Assembly (NCBI GenBank): GCA_964291285.2
Contig: OZ219785.1
Location: forward strand, 704,001-768,000
Length of the DNA stretch: 64,000 nucleotides
Reading direction: 5' to 3'
Source: Alphaproteobacteria bacterium
Lineage (GTDB): Bacteria; Pseudomonadota; Alphaproteobacteria; Bin95
Shown here: positions 1 through 10,925 of the stretch, one piece after another
How the letters are laid out: each line of letters opens with the position of its first letter
How positions within the stretch are numbered: position 1 is the first letter of the stretch
Notes under the pieces: generated by a model
Told to the model about the DNA's origin: nothing
The model's database searches: none
The model's input: only the letters and a program-made list of their open reading frames with translations
Translations under genes and position numbers: made by a program

Positions 1-9
1 TGTCCGGGC

Positions 10-1226
10 TCATGCGCCGGCCTCCAGAAATCCGTCTATTCGTTCTTCGACCGCCGAGCGCAGCGCGCCTTCCGGCGTGTCTTCCAGTATCTCCGACAGG
101 AAGGCGCGCACCAGCAGCCCGCGGGCGGTGTCGGCAGGAATGCCGCGCGAGCGCAGATAGAACAGGGCGTCGCCGTCTATGTCGCCGGCCGTGGCGCCGT
201 GGCTGCACTGCACGTCGTCGGCGTAGATTTCCAGCACCGGCTTGGCGTCGATCTCGGCCCGGCCCGAAAGCAGCAGCGCGCGGTTGAGCTGGTGGCCGTC
301 CGTCTTCTGCGCGCCCTCGGCGACGACGATATGGCCCTGGAAGACGCCGCGCGCCTGTCCGCCGATTGCGCCCTTGTACACCTGCCGGCTGGTCGCGTCC
401 GGCGCGCGGTGCTCGATGCGGCTCGTATGGTCGGCAAGCTGGCGGCCGGCGATGGCGTAGGCCCCGTTGAGCGCCAGCTGCGCGCCTTCGCCCGCGATGT
501 CCGCCTCGATCTGGTTGCGCGACAGCCGCGCGCCGAAGGTGAACACGGTGCTCTCCAGCACCGCGCCCCGGCCCAGCCGCGCGGGCATGAACCAGAGATG
601 GTGCGCGTCCGCCCCTTCCTCCTGGAGCTTGGTGTGGCGGAGCCGCCCGCCGGCCTCGATCTCCACCTCGGTCACGCCGTTGACGAAATAGGCGCCCGCG
701 CCGAGACCGATGTGCCGCTCAATGACATGCGCCGCGCCGCCGGACCCGACAACGATCCGGTTGCGCGATTGCGCCACCGGGCCGGTGCGACCCGGTACGG
801 TCGCATGGACGATCTCGATGGGCTCGTCCCAAACTTCGCCGACGGTCAGCGCGTAGCCGTCGCCCGCCATGGCGGCGTTGAGCGCGACCAGCGGCTCGCC
901 GTCCGCCTCCGCCATTCCGTCCGGACCGGTCCAGCGTTCGACGGGCACGGTCGAGAGGTCTTCGCGCAGGAAGCCGTTGACCAGCACGATGCGCGGCCCG
1001 TCGCCGAGGAAGGGCACGGCGGCTTCCGGGTCCGGAGCCGCCGGCTGGAAGCGCTGGCGGGCCAGCGGGCGCAGGCTCGTATATTTCCACGCCTCGACCC
1101 GGTTGGTCGGAAAGCCCTTCGCGGCGAAGGTCTCGAAGGCGGTCCCGCGCTCGCCCGGCAGCGAGGCGCGGATGCTCTCGAACGCCTCGCGGTAAGCCTC
1201 GACGCCTGGTAACGCGACTTGGGGCG

Positions 1227-1230
<4 letters not shown>
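10..1230 (-). CDS. sufD: Fe-S cluster assembly protein SufD
   Basis: FPTxxxEAWKYT N-terminus, LEIYADDVQCSHGAT, LFYLRSRGI; follows sufBC. Confidence 0.95.
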
Positions 1231-1975
<745 letters not shown>

Positions 1976-1976
<1 letters not shown>

Positions 1977-3430
1977 CAGCCGACAGATCCTTCGAGCGAG
2001 ATACCGACGAGTTTCTGGGCCTCGACCGCGAACTCCATCGGCAGTTGCTGCAGCACTTCGCGGCAGAACCCGTTGACGATCAGCGCCACTGCCTCCTCCT
2101 CACCGATGCCGCGCTGGCGGCAGTAGAAGAGCTGGTCGTCGTCGATCTTGGAGGTGGTGGCCTCGTGCTCGACGCGGGCCGAGCGGTTCTGGCTCTCGAT
2201 ATAGGGGAAGGTGTGCGCCCCGCATTTCGAGCCGATGAGCAGCGAGTCGCACTGGGTGTAGTTTCGGGCGCTGGCCGCGCCGGGCAGCATCTTGACGAGG
2301 CCGCGATAGGCGTTGCTCGCGCGGCCCGCTGAAATGCCCTTGGAGATCACGCGCGAACGCGAGCGCGGGCCCATATGCACCATCTTGGTGCCGGTGTCTG
2401 CCTGCTGGTAGTTGTTGGTGATGGCGATGGAATAGAACTCGCCCACAGAGTCCGCGCCGTGCAGCATGCAACTCGGATATTTCCAGGTGATCGCCGAGCC
2501 GGTCTCCACCTGGGTCCAGGAAATCTTCGAGCGCGCGCCGACGCAGGCCCCGCGTTTGGTGACGAAGTTGAAGATGCCGCCGACGCCGTTCTCGTCGCCC
2601 GGATACCAGTTCTGCACGGTGGAATACTTGATCTCGGCATCGTCCAGCGCCACCAGCTCGACGACCGCGGCATGGAGCTGGTGCTCGTCGCGCATCGGCG
2701 CGGTGCAGCCTTCCAGATAGCTCACATAGGAGGAGTCTTCGGCGATGATGAGCGTGCGCTCGAACTGCCCGGTATTGGCCGCATTGATGCGGAAATAGGT
2801 GGACAGCTCCATCGGGCAGCGCACGCCCTTCGGCACGAACACGAAGGAGCCGTCCGTGAAGACGGCGGAGTTGAGCGTGGCGAAGAAATTGTCCGTGTAG
2901 GGAACCACCGAGCCCAGATATTTCCGCACCAGCTCCGGGTGGTTCTGCACCGCCTCGGAGATCGGGCAGAAGATGACGCCGTGCTCCTCCAGCTTCGCCT
3001 TGAAGGTGGTGGCGACCGAGACGCTGTCGAACACCGCGTCCACCGCCACGCCCGCCAGCATCTCCTGCTCGCGGAGCGGGATGCCGAGCTTGTCGTAGGT
3101 GGCCAGCAGTTCGGGGTCCACCTCGTCGAGCGACTTCGGCCCCTCCTTCTGCTTCGGCGCGGAGTAGTAATAGGCGTCCTGGTAGTCGATCATCGGGATG
3201 CCGAGCTTCGCCCAGTTCGGCTCGGTCATGGTCTGCCAGTGCCGGAAGGCCTCAAGGCGCCATTCCAGCAGCCATTCCGGCTCGTCCTTGATGGCGGAGA
3301 TGAAGCGCACGATGTCCTCGTTGAGCCCCTTGGGGGCCTGCTCGGACTCGATGTCGGTGACGAAGCCGTATTTGTAGCGGTCGCCGAGCGAGCGGACCTG
3401 CTCGACGGTTTCGGCGGCAACCCGGCTCAT
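1976..3430 (-). CDS. sufB: Fe-S cluster assembly protein SufB
   Basis: [42 protein letters not shown]. Confidence 0.97.
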
Positions 3431-3867
3431 GGGTGCAACTCCTGCGGCTCGAAACGCGAGAAGTCCCGCATCGGGGCCAGCATGTCGGCGAGCGTCACCT
3501 CTTCCAGCGCGTCGCGGACGGCGTTGTTGATCCGGTCCCAGGAGCCGCGCAGCAGGCAGGTCGCCTCGATGGCGCAGTCGCCGCCGTCCACGCAGGCGGT
3601 CAGCGCCACCGGCCCGTCCACCGCCAGCACGATCTCGGCGACGGAAATGTCTTCCGGCGGCCGGTCGGCCGTATAGCCGCCATGCGCACCCCGGACCGAG
3701 GCCACCAGCCCGGCATGGGCCAGCGCCTTCAGCACCTGGGACACGGTGGAGGCGGCGAGGCCCGTCGCCTCGGCGACCTCGCTCGCCGAACGCGGCCGTT
3801 CGGGCCGGGACGCCAATTGCCCCAGAACGACGACGGCGTAGTCGTTCATCCGGCTCAGTCTCAGCAT
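3427..3867 (-). CDS. Rrf2/IscR-family SUF system regulator
   Basis: winged HTH with SVRGAHGGY and three Cys ([13 protein letters not shown]); first gene of suf operon. Confidence 0.9.
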   Translation of the reverse strand: MLRLSRMNDYAVVVLGQLASRPERPRSASEVAEATGLAASTVSQVLKALAHAGLVASVRGAHGGYTADRPPEDISVAEIVLAVDGPVALTACVDGGDCAIEATCLLRGSWDRINNAVRDALEEVTLADMLAPMRDFSRFEPQELHP

Positions 3868-3872
3868 CGCCT

Positions 3873-3899
3873 CAATCCGTAGTCATTCGCTCCGGATTG
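3873..3899. promoter_or_regulatory. Putative operator palindrome upstream of the suf operon
   Basis: CAATCCG-N13-CGGATTG abutting the RBS of the Rrf2 gene. Confidence 0.35.
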
Positions 3900-3995
3900 G
3901 AAACTGTACCGGAACGATACGGATTTCAAGCCCTGCGCGCCCCGCGCGACGGAATGCCCGTGCCCTTGTTCTCCGCCGCCGCTATAAGGGCCGGC

Positions 3996-4772
3996 ATGGA
4001 ACGATCCCCGGCGATTCCGAAGCCCGCCGCCAGCGTGCTCATCCTGCGCGACCGCCCGGACGGCCTCGAGGTCTTCATGGTGCTGCGCAGCCCCGAACTT
4101 GACTTCTCCTCGGGCGCGCTGGTTTTTCCGGGCGGCAAGGTCGATCCGGAAGACGGAGACCCCGTGCTCGCCGCACGCGCCACCGGCCGCTTCGGCGAGA
4201 GGGCGCGGGCGCACCGCATCGCGGCCGTGCGCGAGGCGTTCGAGGAGACGGGCGTGCTGCTGGCGCGGCGCGCGGGGTCCATGCAGCCGCCGGAAGACGC
4301 CGGGCGGATCGTGGCGCGCTGGCGGGCCGGCGTGCATGACGGCAGCGTGCCGTTCCACGACTTCCTCAAGGCCGAGGACCTCGTCGCCGACACGGCGGCG
4401 CTCTGCCATTGCGCGCATTGGATCACGCCCGAACACTCGGCCCGGCGCTTCGACGTGCATTTCTACCTGGCCGCCCTGCCGCCGGGTCAGGACGGCAGCC
4501 ATGACGGCTCCGAATCCGTGGACTCGCTCTGGATCCGCCCGCAGATCGCGCTCCGCGACGCGGCCGAGGGGAACCGGCCGATCATGTTCCCGACCCGCGC
4601 CATCCTTTCCCGGCTGGCGCAGTCCGGCACCGTGTCGGACGCGCTCAGGCGCGCTGAGGCCGAGCCCGTGGAAACTGTGATGACGCGCATCGCGGCCACA
4701 CCCGCCGGGCGGGTGCTGCGCATTCCCCGCAGCGCCGGCTACCCCATGTCCGAACTCGCGCTCGACAGCTAG
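3996..4772 (+). CDS. NUDIX hydrolase
   Basis: VFPGGKVD, AAVREAFEETG, HWITP...RRFD; ATG at 3996 chosen over longer ORF. Confidence 0.85.
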   Translation: MERSPAIPKPAASVLILRDRPDGLEVFMVLRSPELDFSSGALVFPGGKVDPEDGDPVLAARATGRFGERARAHRIAAVREAFEETGVLLARRAGSMQPPEDAGRIVARWRAGVHDGSVPFHDFLKAEDLVADTAALCHCAHWITPEHSARRFDVHFYLAALPPGQDGSHDGSESVDSLWIRPQIALRDAAEGNRPIMFPTRAILSRLAQSGTVSDALRRAEAEPVETVMTRIAATPAGRVLRIPRSAGYPMSELALDS

Positions 4773-4790
4773 AAAGGCGGCCATAGCCCC

Positions 4791-5525
4791 ATGTTCGATC
4801 TCAGCGGCAGAACCGCGCTGGTCACCGGCGCATCAGGCGGCATCGGTGCCGCGATTGCCCGCGCGCTGGCAGCGCAGGGCGCCCGCGTCGGGCTTTCCGG
4901 CACCCGCGAGGCGGCGCTCGAAGCGCTGGCCGGCGAGCTCGACGGCGCGGCGGTCCTGCCCTGCAATCTCGGCGACAGTGCGGCGGCGGACGGCCTGGTC
5001 GCGCGGGCGGAAGAAGAACTCGGCCCGCTCGACATCCTGGTCAGCAATGCCGGCGTCACGCGCGACGGCCTGTTCCTGCGCATGCGCGACGAGGACTGGC
5101 AGACGGTGCTGGACATCAACCTGACGGCCGGCTTCCGCCTCGCCCGCTCGGCGCTGCGCGGCATGATGCGCCGCCGGCGCGGGCGCATTATCGCGGTCTC
5201 CTCCGTGGTCGGCGTCACCGGCAATCCGGGCCAGGCCAACTATGCGGCCTCCAAGGCCGGCATGATCGGCATGACCAAGGCGGTCGCCGCCGAGGTCGCG
5301 GGGCGGGGGGTGACGGTCAATTGCATCGCGCCCGGCTTCATCGACACGGCCATGACGCAGGAATTGAACGAGAAGCAGCGCACGGAAGCGCTCAGCCGCG
5401 TGCCGGCCGGGCGTTTCGGCCTGCCCGAGGACGTCGCCGCCGCCGCGGTGTTCCTCGCCAGCGACGAGGCGGCCTATGTCACCGGCCAGACGCTGCATGT
5501 GAATGGCGGCATGGCGATGATATGA
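4791..5525 (+). CDS. fabG: 3-oxoacyl-ACP reductase
   Basis: TGASGGIG, NAGVTRD, YAASK; next to acpP-fabF. Confidence 0.95.
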   Translation: MFDLSGRTALVTGASGGIGAAIARALAAQGARVGLSGTREAALEALAGELDGAAVLPCNLGDSAAADGLVARAEEELGPLDILVSNAGVTRDGLFLRMRDEDWQTVLDINLTAGFRLARSALRGMMRRRRGRIIAVSSVVGVTGNPGQANYAASKAGMIGMTKAVAAEVAGRGVTVNCIAPGFIDTAMTQELNEKQRTEALSRVPAGRFGLPEDVAAAAVFLASDEAAYVTGQTLHVNGGMAMI

Positions 5526-5635
5526 TGCGGCTCTGGCCCGTCCTTGCGGGCTGTGCTATGAGCCTTGCCGCCGTGCCGGGGTCTGGAAGCCGCAGCGGCA
5601 GGCCTGCATGAACAGTCCAGAAGGGAGGGGATTGA

Positions 5636-5869
5636 ATGAGCGATATCGCCGATCGCGTGAAGAAAATCGTCGTGGAGCATCTCGGCGTGGACGAGGGCAA
5701 GGTCGTTGAAGGGGCGAGCTTTATCGACGACCTGGGCGCCGACAGCCTCGACACGGTCGAGCTGGTGATGGCGTTCGAAGAGGAATTCGGCGTCGAGATA
5801 CCCGACGATGCGGCAGAGAAGATCGTGACGGTCAAGAACGCGATCGACTATATCAACGAGAACGCCTGA
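5636..5869 (+). CDS. acpP: Acyl carrier protein
   Basis: [20 protein letters not shown]. Confidence 0.98.
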   Translation: MSDIADRVKKIVVEHLGVDEGKVVEGASFIDDLGADSLDTVELVMAFEEEFGVEIPDDAAEKIVTVKNAIDYINENA

Positions 5870-5891
5870 CGCGGCCCCGGGGGGAAACGGC

Positions 5892-7154
5892 ATGCGCCGC
5901 GTGGTGGTCACCGGGATGGGGCTGGTCTCGCCGATGGGAATCGGCGTCGAACCCTCCTGGAAAAGGCTGGTCGAGAGCGAATCCGGCATCGGCCCCATCG
6001 ACACGTTCGATGTGTCCGACCTGCCTTGCCGCATTGCCGCCTACCTGCCGGCGGGAAGCCGCGAGGACGGCCGCTGGGACCCTGACGAGTGGATGCCCGC
6101 CCGGGACCGGCGCAAGCTCGACCCGTTCATCATCTACGGCATGGTGGCGGCCGACCAGGCGGTCGGGGATTCGGGCTGGGAGCCGGAGGACGAGGACGGC
6201 CGGAACCGCACCGGCGTCATGATCGGCTCCGGCATCGGCGGCCTGCAGACCATCCACGATGCCTCGATCCTGCTGCAGGAACGCGGCCCCCGGCGCATCA
6301 GCCCGTTCTTCATCCCGTCCGCGCTCATCAACCTCGTCTCCGGGCAGGTCTCGATCAGATACGGCTTCAAGGGTCCCAACCACTCGGTGGTCACCGCCTG
6401 CGCGACGGCGGCGCACGCCATCGGCGATGCGGCCCGGCTGATCGCGCTGGACGATGCCGATGTCATGGTTGCAGGCGGAGCGGAGGCCGCGATCTGCCGC
6501 CTCGGCATCGCCGGTTTCGCGGCCTCGCGGGCGCTTTCGACGAATTTCAACGACGAGCCGGAGCGCGCCTCCCGGCCCTGGGACAAGGCGCGCGACGGTT
6601 TCGTCATGGGCGAGGGCGCGGGCTGCATCGTGCTGGAGGAATATGAGCACGCGAAGGCGCGCGGGGCGCGGATCTATGCCGAGGTCGTCGGCTACGGCCT
6701 CTCCGGCGACGCCCACCACATCACCGCGCCCGCAGCCGACGGCGATGGCGGCTACCGCGCCATGGAGGCAGCGTTGAAGCGGGCCGGGCTCGACCCCGAG
6801 AAGATCGACTACATCAACGCCCACGGGACCTCGACGCCGCTCGGCGACGAGATCGAACTCGGGGCCGTGAAGCGCCTGTTCGGAGACCATGCCTACGAGT
6901 TGTCGATGTCCTCCACCAAGTCCGCCCACGGCCACCTGCTCGGCGCGGCCGGGGCCATCGAGGCGATCTTCACCATCAAGGCCGTGCAATGCGGTATCGC
7001 GCCGCCTACGCTCAATCTCGAAGACCCCTCGGATGGCTGCGACCTCGACCTCGTGCCCGGCGCGGCGAAGGAACGCAGGATCGAGCATGCGCTTTCCAAT
7101 TCCTTCGGGTTCGGCGGCACCAATACCTCGCTGGTTTTCGCCGGCGCGCCCTGA
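5892..7154 (+). CDS. fabF: Beta-ketoacyl-ACP synthase II
   Basis: VTACAT, NAHGTSTPLGD, GHLLGAAG, SNSFGFGGTN. Confidence 0.97.
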   Translation: MRRVVVTGMGLVSPMGIGVEPSWKRLVESESGIGPIDTFDVSDLPCRIAAYLPAGSREDGRWDPDEWMPARDRRKLDPFIIYGMVAADQAVGDSGWEPEDEDGRNRTGVMIGSGIGGLQTIHDASILLQERGPRRISPFFIPSALINLVSGQVSIRYGFKGPNHSVVTACATAAHAIGDAARLIALDDADVMVAGGAEAAICRLGIAGFAASRALSTNFNDEPERASRPWDKARDGFVMGEGAGCIVLEEYEHAKARGARIYAEVVGYGLSGDAHHITAPAADGDGGYRAMEAALKRAGLDPEKIDYINAHGTSTPLGDEIELGAVKRLFGDHAYELSMSSTKSAHGHLLGAAGAIEAIFTIKAVQCGIAPPTLNLEDPSDGCDLDLVPGAAKERRIEHALSNSFGFGGTNTSLVFAGAP

Positions 7155-7160
7155 CCCTCG

Positions 7161-8135
7161 ATGGGCCGCCGTCGGCTTGCCGGCGTCCTTCTGGCACTGC
7201 TGGCGGCGGCAGCTACCGGGTTCGCATTCCGGGCCTGGCAGGATTTCAACGCGCCCGGCCCGCTCGCCGAGACGCGCCGGGTCGTCGTGCCGAAGGGCAC
7301 GGGCCTTGGGCTGCTGGCGGAACTGCTTGCCGAACGGGGCGTGTTGCGCGATCCGCTGGCCTTCCGGGTCTTCGTGATCGTGGACGGCGCGGAGAACCGC
7401 CTGAAAGCCGGCGAATACGATTTCCCCGCCGGCATCAGCGCTGCATCCGTCCGCGACCTGCTGGTGGCGGGCAGGACCGTCGTGCGCCGGTTGACGGTGC
7501 CGGAGGGGCTCACCACCGCTGCGGTGCTGGACCTTCTGCGGAACGCCGAAGGGCTGGTCGGCGAGGCGCCCGACCCCGGCGAGGGGCGGCTGTTGCCGGA
7601 GACCTACCATTACAGCCATGGCGACGGCCGCGCGGACCTGGTGGCGCGGATGCAGCGTGCCATGGACAAGGCGCTGGTGCGCCTGTTCCGCGACCGGCCG
7701 GCCGGTTCGCCGCTCGGAAGCGAGACCGAGCTGCTCACCCTCGCCTCGATCGTCGAGAAGGAAACCGGCCTTTCGGGAGAGCGGGCCCTGGTCGCCGGCG
7801 TGTTCGTCAACCGCCTGAAGCGCGGCATGCGCCTCCAGACGGACCCGACGGTCATCTACGCGCTCACCGGCGGCCAGCGGGAGCTCGGGCGCCCGCTCAC
7901 CCGCGCCGACCTCCGCGTGAACCACCCCTACAACACCTATCGCATCCGCGGGCTGCCGCCGGGCCCGATCGCCAATCCGGGCCTGGCGGCGCTGGAGGCG
8001 GCGGCGCGGCCTGCGGAAACGGATGCGCTCTATTTCGTCGCCGACGGCGCGGGCGGCCATCTGTTCGCGCGCACGCTCGAGGAGCACAATCGCAATGCCG
8101 CCCGCTACCGCAGGCTGTTGAGGCGCTTGCAGTGA
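7161..8135 (+). CDS. mltG: Endolytic transglycosylase MltG (YceG)
   Basis: LASIVEKET, LQTDPTVIY, PYNTY...GLPPGPIANPG. Confidence 0.93.
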   Translation: MGRRRLAGVLLALLAAAATGFAFRAWQDFNAPGPLAETRRVVVPKGTGLGLLAELLAERGVLRDPLAFRVFVIVDGAENRLKAGEYDFPAGISAASVRDLLVAGRTVVRRLTVPEGLTTAAVLDLLRNAEGLVGEAPDPGEGRLLPETYHYSHGDGRADLVARMQRAMDKALVRLFRDRPAGSPLGSETELLTLASIVEKETGLSGERALVAGVFVNRLKRGMRLQTDPTVIYALTGGQRELGRPLTRADLRVNHPYNTYRIRGLPPGPIANPGLAALEAAARPAETDALYFVADGAGGHLFARTLEEHNRNAARYRRLLRRLQ

Positions 8136-8971
8136 CAGAGCTGTCTTCCATGACCGGTTTCGCGTCCGCCGCCGGCCCCGGCTGGCGCTGGGAGGTCCGT
8201 TCGGTCAACCATCGCGGCCTCGACCTGCGCCTGCGCCTGCCTTCCGGCTGCGACGGGCTGGAGCCGGCGATCCGCAAGGCGGTGCAGGCCCGGTTCCAGC
8301 GCGGCAGCATCTCGCTGGAATTGCGGTTCGAGCAGGTGCAGGGGCGGCAGCGCTACAGGGTGGACGAAGCGTGGCTCGACGAGCTGGCGGCCGTGGCCGA
8401 AAAGCGGGGCGGCGGAGACCCGGCCGGCCTGATGGGCCTGCGCGGCGTCATCGAGGCGGTCGATCCCGGCCTCGAGGCGCGCGACGAGGCGGCGTTGCTC
8501 GCGACCCTGGAGGACGCTCTGGACGGGCTCCTGGACGCGCGGCGCAGGGAGGGCCGGGCGCTCGCCGCGGCGCTGGACGGGCATCTCCTCGCCATGAAGG
8601 CCGGGGCCGGCGCGGCGCGGGGCATGGCGGCGTCGCAGCCGGCCGCGCTCAGGGACCGGCTCGCCGCCGCCATCGCCGCGCTCGACGTCGAGCTTCCCGA
8701 GGACCGGCTCGCGCAGGAAGTCGCGCTGCTGGCCGCGAAGGCGGATGTGCGCGAGGAGCTCGACCGGCTCGACGCGCATCTGGAGGCGGCAGGGGCGCTT
8801 CTCGCCTCAGGCGGCGCGGTCGGCCGCAAGCTCGACTTCCTCTGCCAGGAAATCCACCGCGAGGCCAACACGCTCGGCTCCAAATCGGCGGACCTCGACC
8901 TCACCCGCACCGTGCTGGACCTCAAGGCCGCGCTGGAAGCCTTTCGCGAGCAGGCGCGCAACCTCGAATGA
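8132..8971 (+). CDS. yicC: YicC/YloC family endoribonuclease
   Basis: SMTGF, EVRSVNHRGLD, GRKLDFLCQEIHREANTLGSK; GTG start overlapping mltG stop (alternative ATG 8150). Confidence 0.92.
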   Translation: MTELSSMTGFASAAGPGWRWEVRSVNHRGLDLRLRLPSGCDGLEPAIRKAVQARFQRGSISLELRFEQVQGRQRYRVDEAWLDELAAVAEKRGGGDPAGLMGLRGVIEAVDPGLEARDEAALLATLEDALDGLLDARRREGRALAAALDGHLLAMKAGAGAARGMAASQPAALRDRLAAAIAALDVELPEDRLAQEVALLAAKADVREELDRLDAHLEAAGALLASGGAVGRKLDFLCQEIHREANTLGSKSADLDLTRTVLDLKAALEAFREQARNLE

Positions 8972-9612
8972 AGCCTGCCCGACCCGTAGCGACGCGCGGC
9001 CTGATGCTGGTGCTCTCCTCGCCTTCCGGCGCCGGCAAGAGCACGATCAGCCGCGCCGTGCTGGAGCGCGAGGAGAACATCGCGCTCTCGGTCAGCCTGA
9101 CGACGCGCCCGCCCCGCAAGGGCGAGGTGGACGGCCGCGATTACATTTTCGTCGATGACGCCGCGTTCCGGGAGATGGTCGAAAGGGACGGCTTCCTCGA
9201 ACATGCCGAGGTCTTCGGGCACCGCTACGGCACGCCGCGCGCGCCCGTCGAAGCGGCGCTCGAGGACGGGCGCGACATGCTGTTCGACATCGACTGGCAG
9301 GGCGCGCAGCAGATTGCCGAGAAGGCCCGGACCGACCTGGTCGGCGTCTTCGTGCTGCCGCCGTCCATCGAGGAGCTGGAGCGGCGCCTGCACGCCCGTG
9401 CCCAGGACAGTTCCGAGGTGGTGCGCGCGCGCATGGCCAAGGCGCTCGACGAGGTGAGCCACTATGCCGAATACGACTATGTCGTTATCAACAGCGACCT
9501 GGAGACGAGCATCGAAGAGGTCCGCAGTATTCTTCGGGCAGAGCGCCGCAGGCGGACGCGGCAGACGGGCCTGACCGACTTCGTGAACACGCTCAGGGGA
9601 GAAAGGCGATGA
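8968..9612 (+). CDS. gmk: Guanylate kinase
   Basis: SSPSGAGKST, TTRPPRKGEVDGRDY, LFDIDWQGA. Confidence 0.96.
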   Translation: MKPARPVATRGLMLVLSSPSGAGKSTISRAVLEREENIALSVSLTTRPPRKGEVDGRDYIFVDDAAFREMVERDGFLEHAEVFGHRYGTPRAPVEAALEDGRDMLFDIDWQGAQQIAEKARTDLVGVFVLPPSIEELERRLHARAQDSSEVVRARMAKALDEVSHYAEYDYVVINSDLETSIEEVRSILRAERRRRTRQTGLTDFVNTLRGERR

Positions 9613-9998
9613 ACGCCGTGCCCAATCCCGCCCCCGGTTTCCGCAAGCGGCCGGATCACCGCATCACCATCGAGCCGGCGGAAGGCCGGGTCGTCGTGAC
9701 CTTCGCCGGCCGGACCGTGGCCGACAGCCGCCGCGCGCTGCTCATGCGCGAAAGCAGCTATCCGCCGGTCCACTACATCCCCGAGGAGGACCTCGACCGG
9801 AGCCTCATGCGCCCGAGCGCGCGGACGAGCCATTGCCCCTTCAAGGGGGACGCCAGCTACCGCACGCTCGTCGCCGGGGAGCGCGTCGCGGAGGACGCCG
9901 TCTGGAGCTATCCGGCGCCGTTCGACGAATGCGCGGCGATTGCCGGCCACGCCGCCTTCTATGCCGACAAGGTCGATTCCATAGAACTCCTGCCCTGA
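9609..9998 (+). CDS. DUF427 domain protein
   Basis: CPFKGDASY, AVWSYPAP. Confidence 0.88.
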   Translation: MNAVPNPAPGFRKRPDHRITIEPAEGRVVVTFAGRTVADSRRALLMRESSYPPVHYIPEEDLDRSLMRPSARTSHCPFKGDASYRTLVAGERVAEDAVWSYPAPFDECAAIAGHAAFYADKVDSIELLP

Positions 9999-10035
9999 CG
10001 GGCTGCCGTCTCTATCCCGTTTCGATACCTTTTTT

Positions 10036-10050
10036 GTTCTTGTTTTTTTC
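10036..10050. promoter_or_regulatory. LexA-like (SOS) box in AT-rich promoter region
   Basis: GTTC-TTGTTTT-TTTC, one mismatch to the alphaproteobacterial GTTC-N7-GTTC. Confidence 0.45.
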
Positions 10051-10330
10051 AGTTTATATCCTATATATGTCCTCGAACCCTTAAGGAAACGAACGAGGCC
10101 ATGACCTGACTGTCCGGCGCAAGCGCCCCCTGAGCACCCCGATTCCGCACGCAACCCGGAGGCGGAATGGCGACCCAGTTGCCGGGGCCGCCGGCCGGGA
10201 GGCGCGCGCCGGCGGCGGATCGTTTCATCGAAGCCGGACGGCGGGACGCCGGCAGCGCGCCGGCGGGCGGGCCGGACCGTTCCGTCGAGGCCGGCCGGTT
10301 TTCGAGGCTGCGGCGATGCGGCCGTTTACC

Positions 10331-10407
10331 GAAGCCGCGTCGGCGCGGCGGCTATACGAAAGCCGCGTCGGCGCGGCGGTTATACGAAAGCCGCGTCGGG
10401 GCGGCGG
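10331..10407. repeat. ~2.8 tandem copies of a 28-bp unit with internal hairpin
   Basis: GAAAGCCGCGTCGGCGCGGCGG(C/T)TATAC repeated head-to-tail; GCCGCG-TCGG-CGCGGC palindrome in each. Confidence 0.85.
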
Positions 10408-10418
10408 GAGGAGGAGCG

Positions 10419-10856
10419 ATGACGGAGGAAGCCGGGAACGGGCGGACGGGCGCGCTGGGAAAACGGCGGCCCGGCCGCCCGGTCAGCGAGGACCTGCGGG
10501 GCCGGGCGGTCGCGGCGGTGCTGGAAGGCGGCATGAGCGCCGCCGCCGCGGCCCGGCATTTCGGGCTGGGGGAGAGCACGGTCCGCAGCTGGGTCCGGCG
10601 TTTTCGCGAGCGCGGCCATGTGCGGCCCGACCCGATGGGGGGCGGCGTCTCCCGGATCGAGCCGGAGCGGGAGCGGATTTTCCGCCTGCTGGAGGCGCGG
10701 CCGGGACTGTCCGTCCGGGGACTCAGCCGCGCGCTCGCCGAAGAGGGGCTGTCGTTCAGCCCGACCGCCGTGCAGCACTTCCTGAAGCGCCACGGCCTGG
10801 AGCGCCACCGCCGCCTCGCCGGCCTGCGCCGCCGCAAGCGGTGGACCGAACGGTAG
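10419..10856 (+). CDS. Solo HTH protein resembling the N-terminal part of IS630-family transposases (no DDE domain)
   Basis: SEDLRGRAVAAVLEGGMSAAAAARHFGLGESTVRSWV; strong RBS GGAGGAG. Confidence 0.7.
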   Translation: MTEEAGNGRTGALGKRRPGRPVSEDLRGRAVAAVLEGGMSAAAAARHFGLGESTVRSWVRRFRERGHVRPDPMGGGVSRIEPERERIFRLLEARPGLSVRGLSRALAEEGLSFSPTAVQHFLKRHGLERHRRLAGLRRRKRWTER

Positions 10857-10925
10857 AGGCCTCCATGCCCGTGCCGAATGCGCGCATTGCCCGACCGGAG
10901 CACTGGCTACGGGCCGGGCCGGTGC

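Noticed and set aside
5853-8087. Long antisense/shadow ORFs (also 24281-27190, 31457-34063, 45598-47496, 59970-62723)
   Set aside because: Expected in high-GC DNA opposite real genes; no motifs
10331-10407. 28-bp palindromic repeats as a CRISPR array
   Set aside because: Head-to-tail with no spacers; no cas genes in the window
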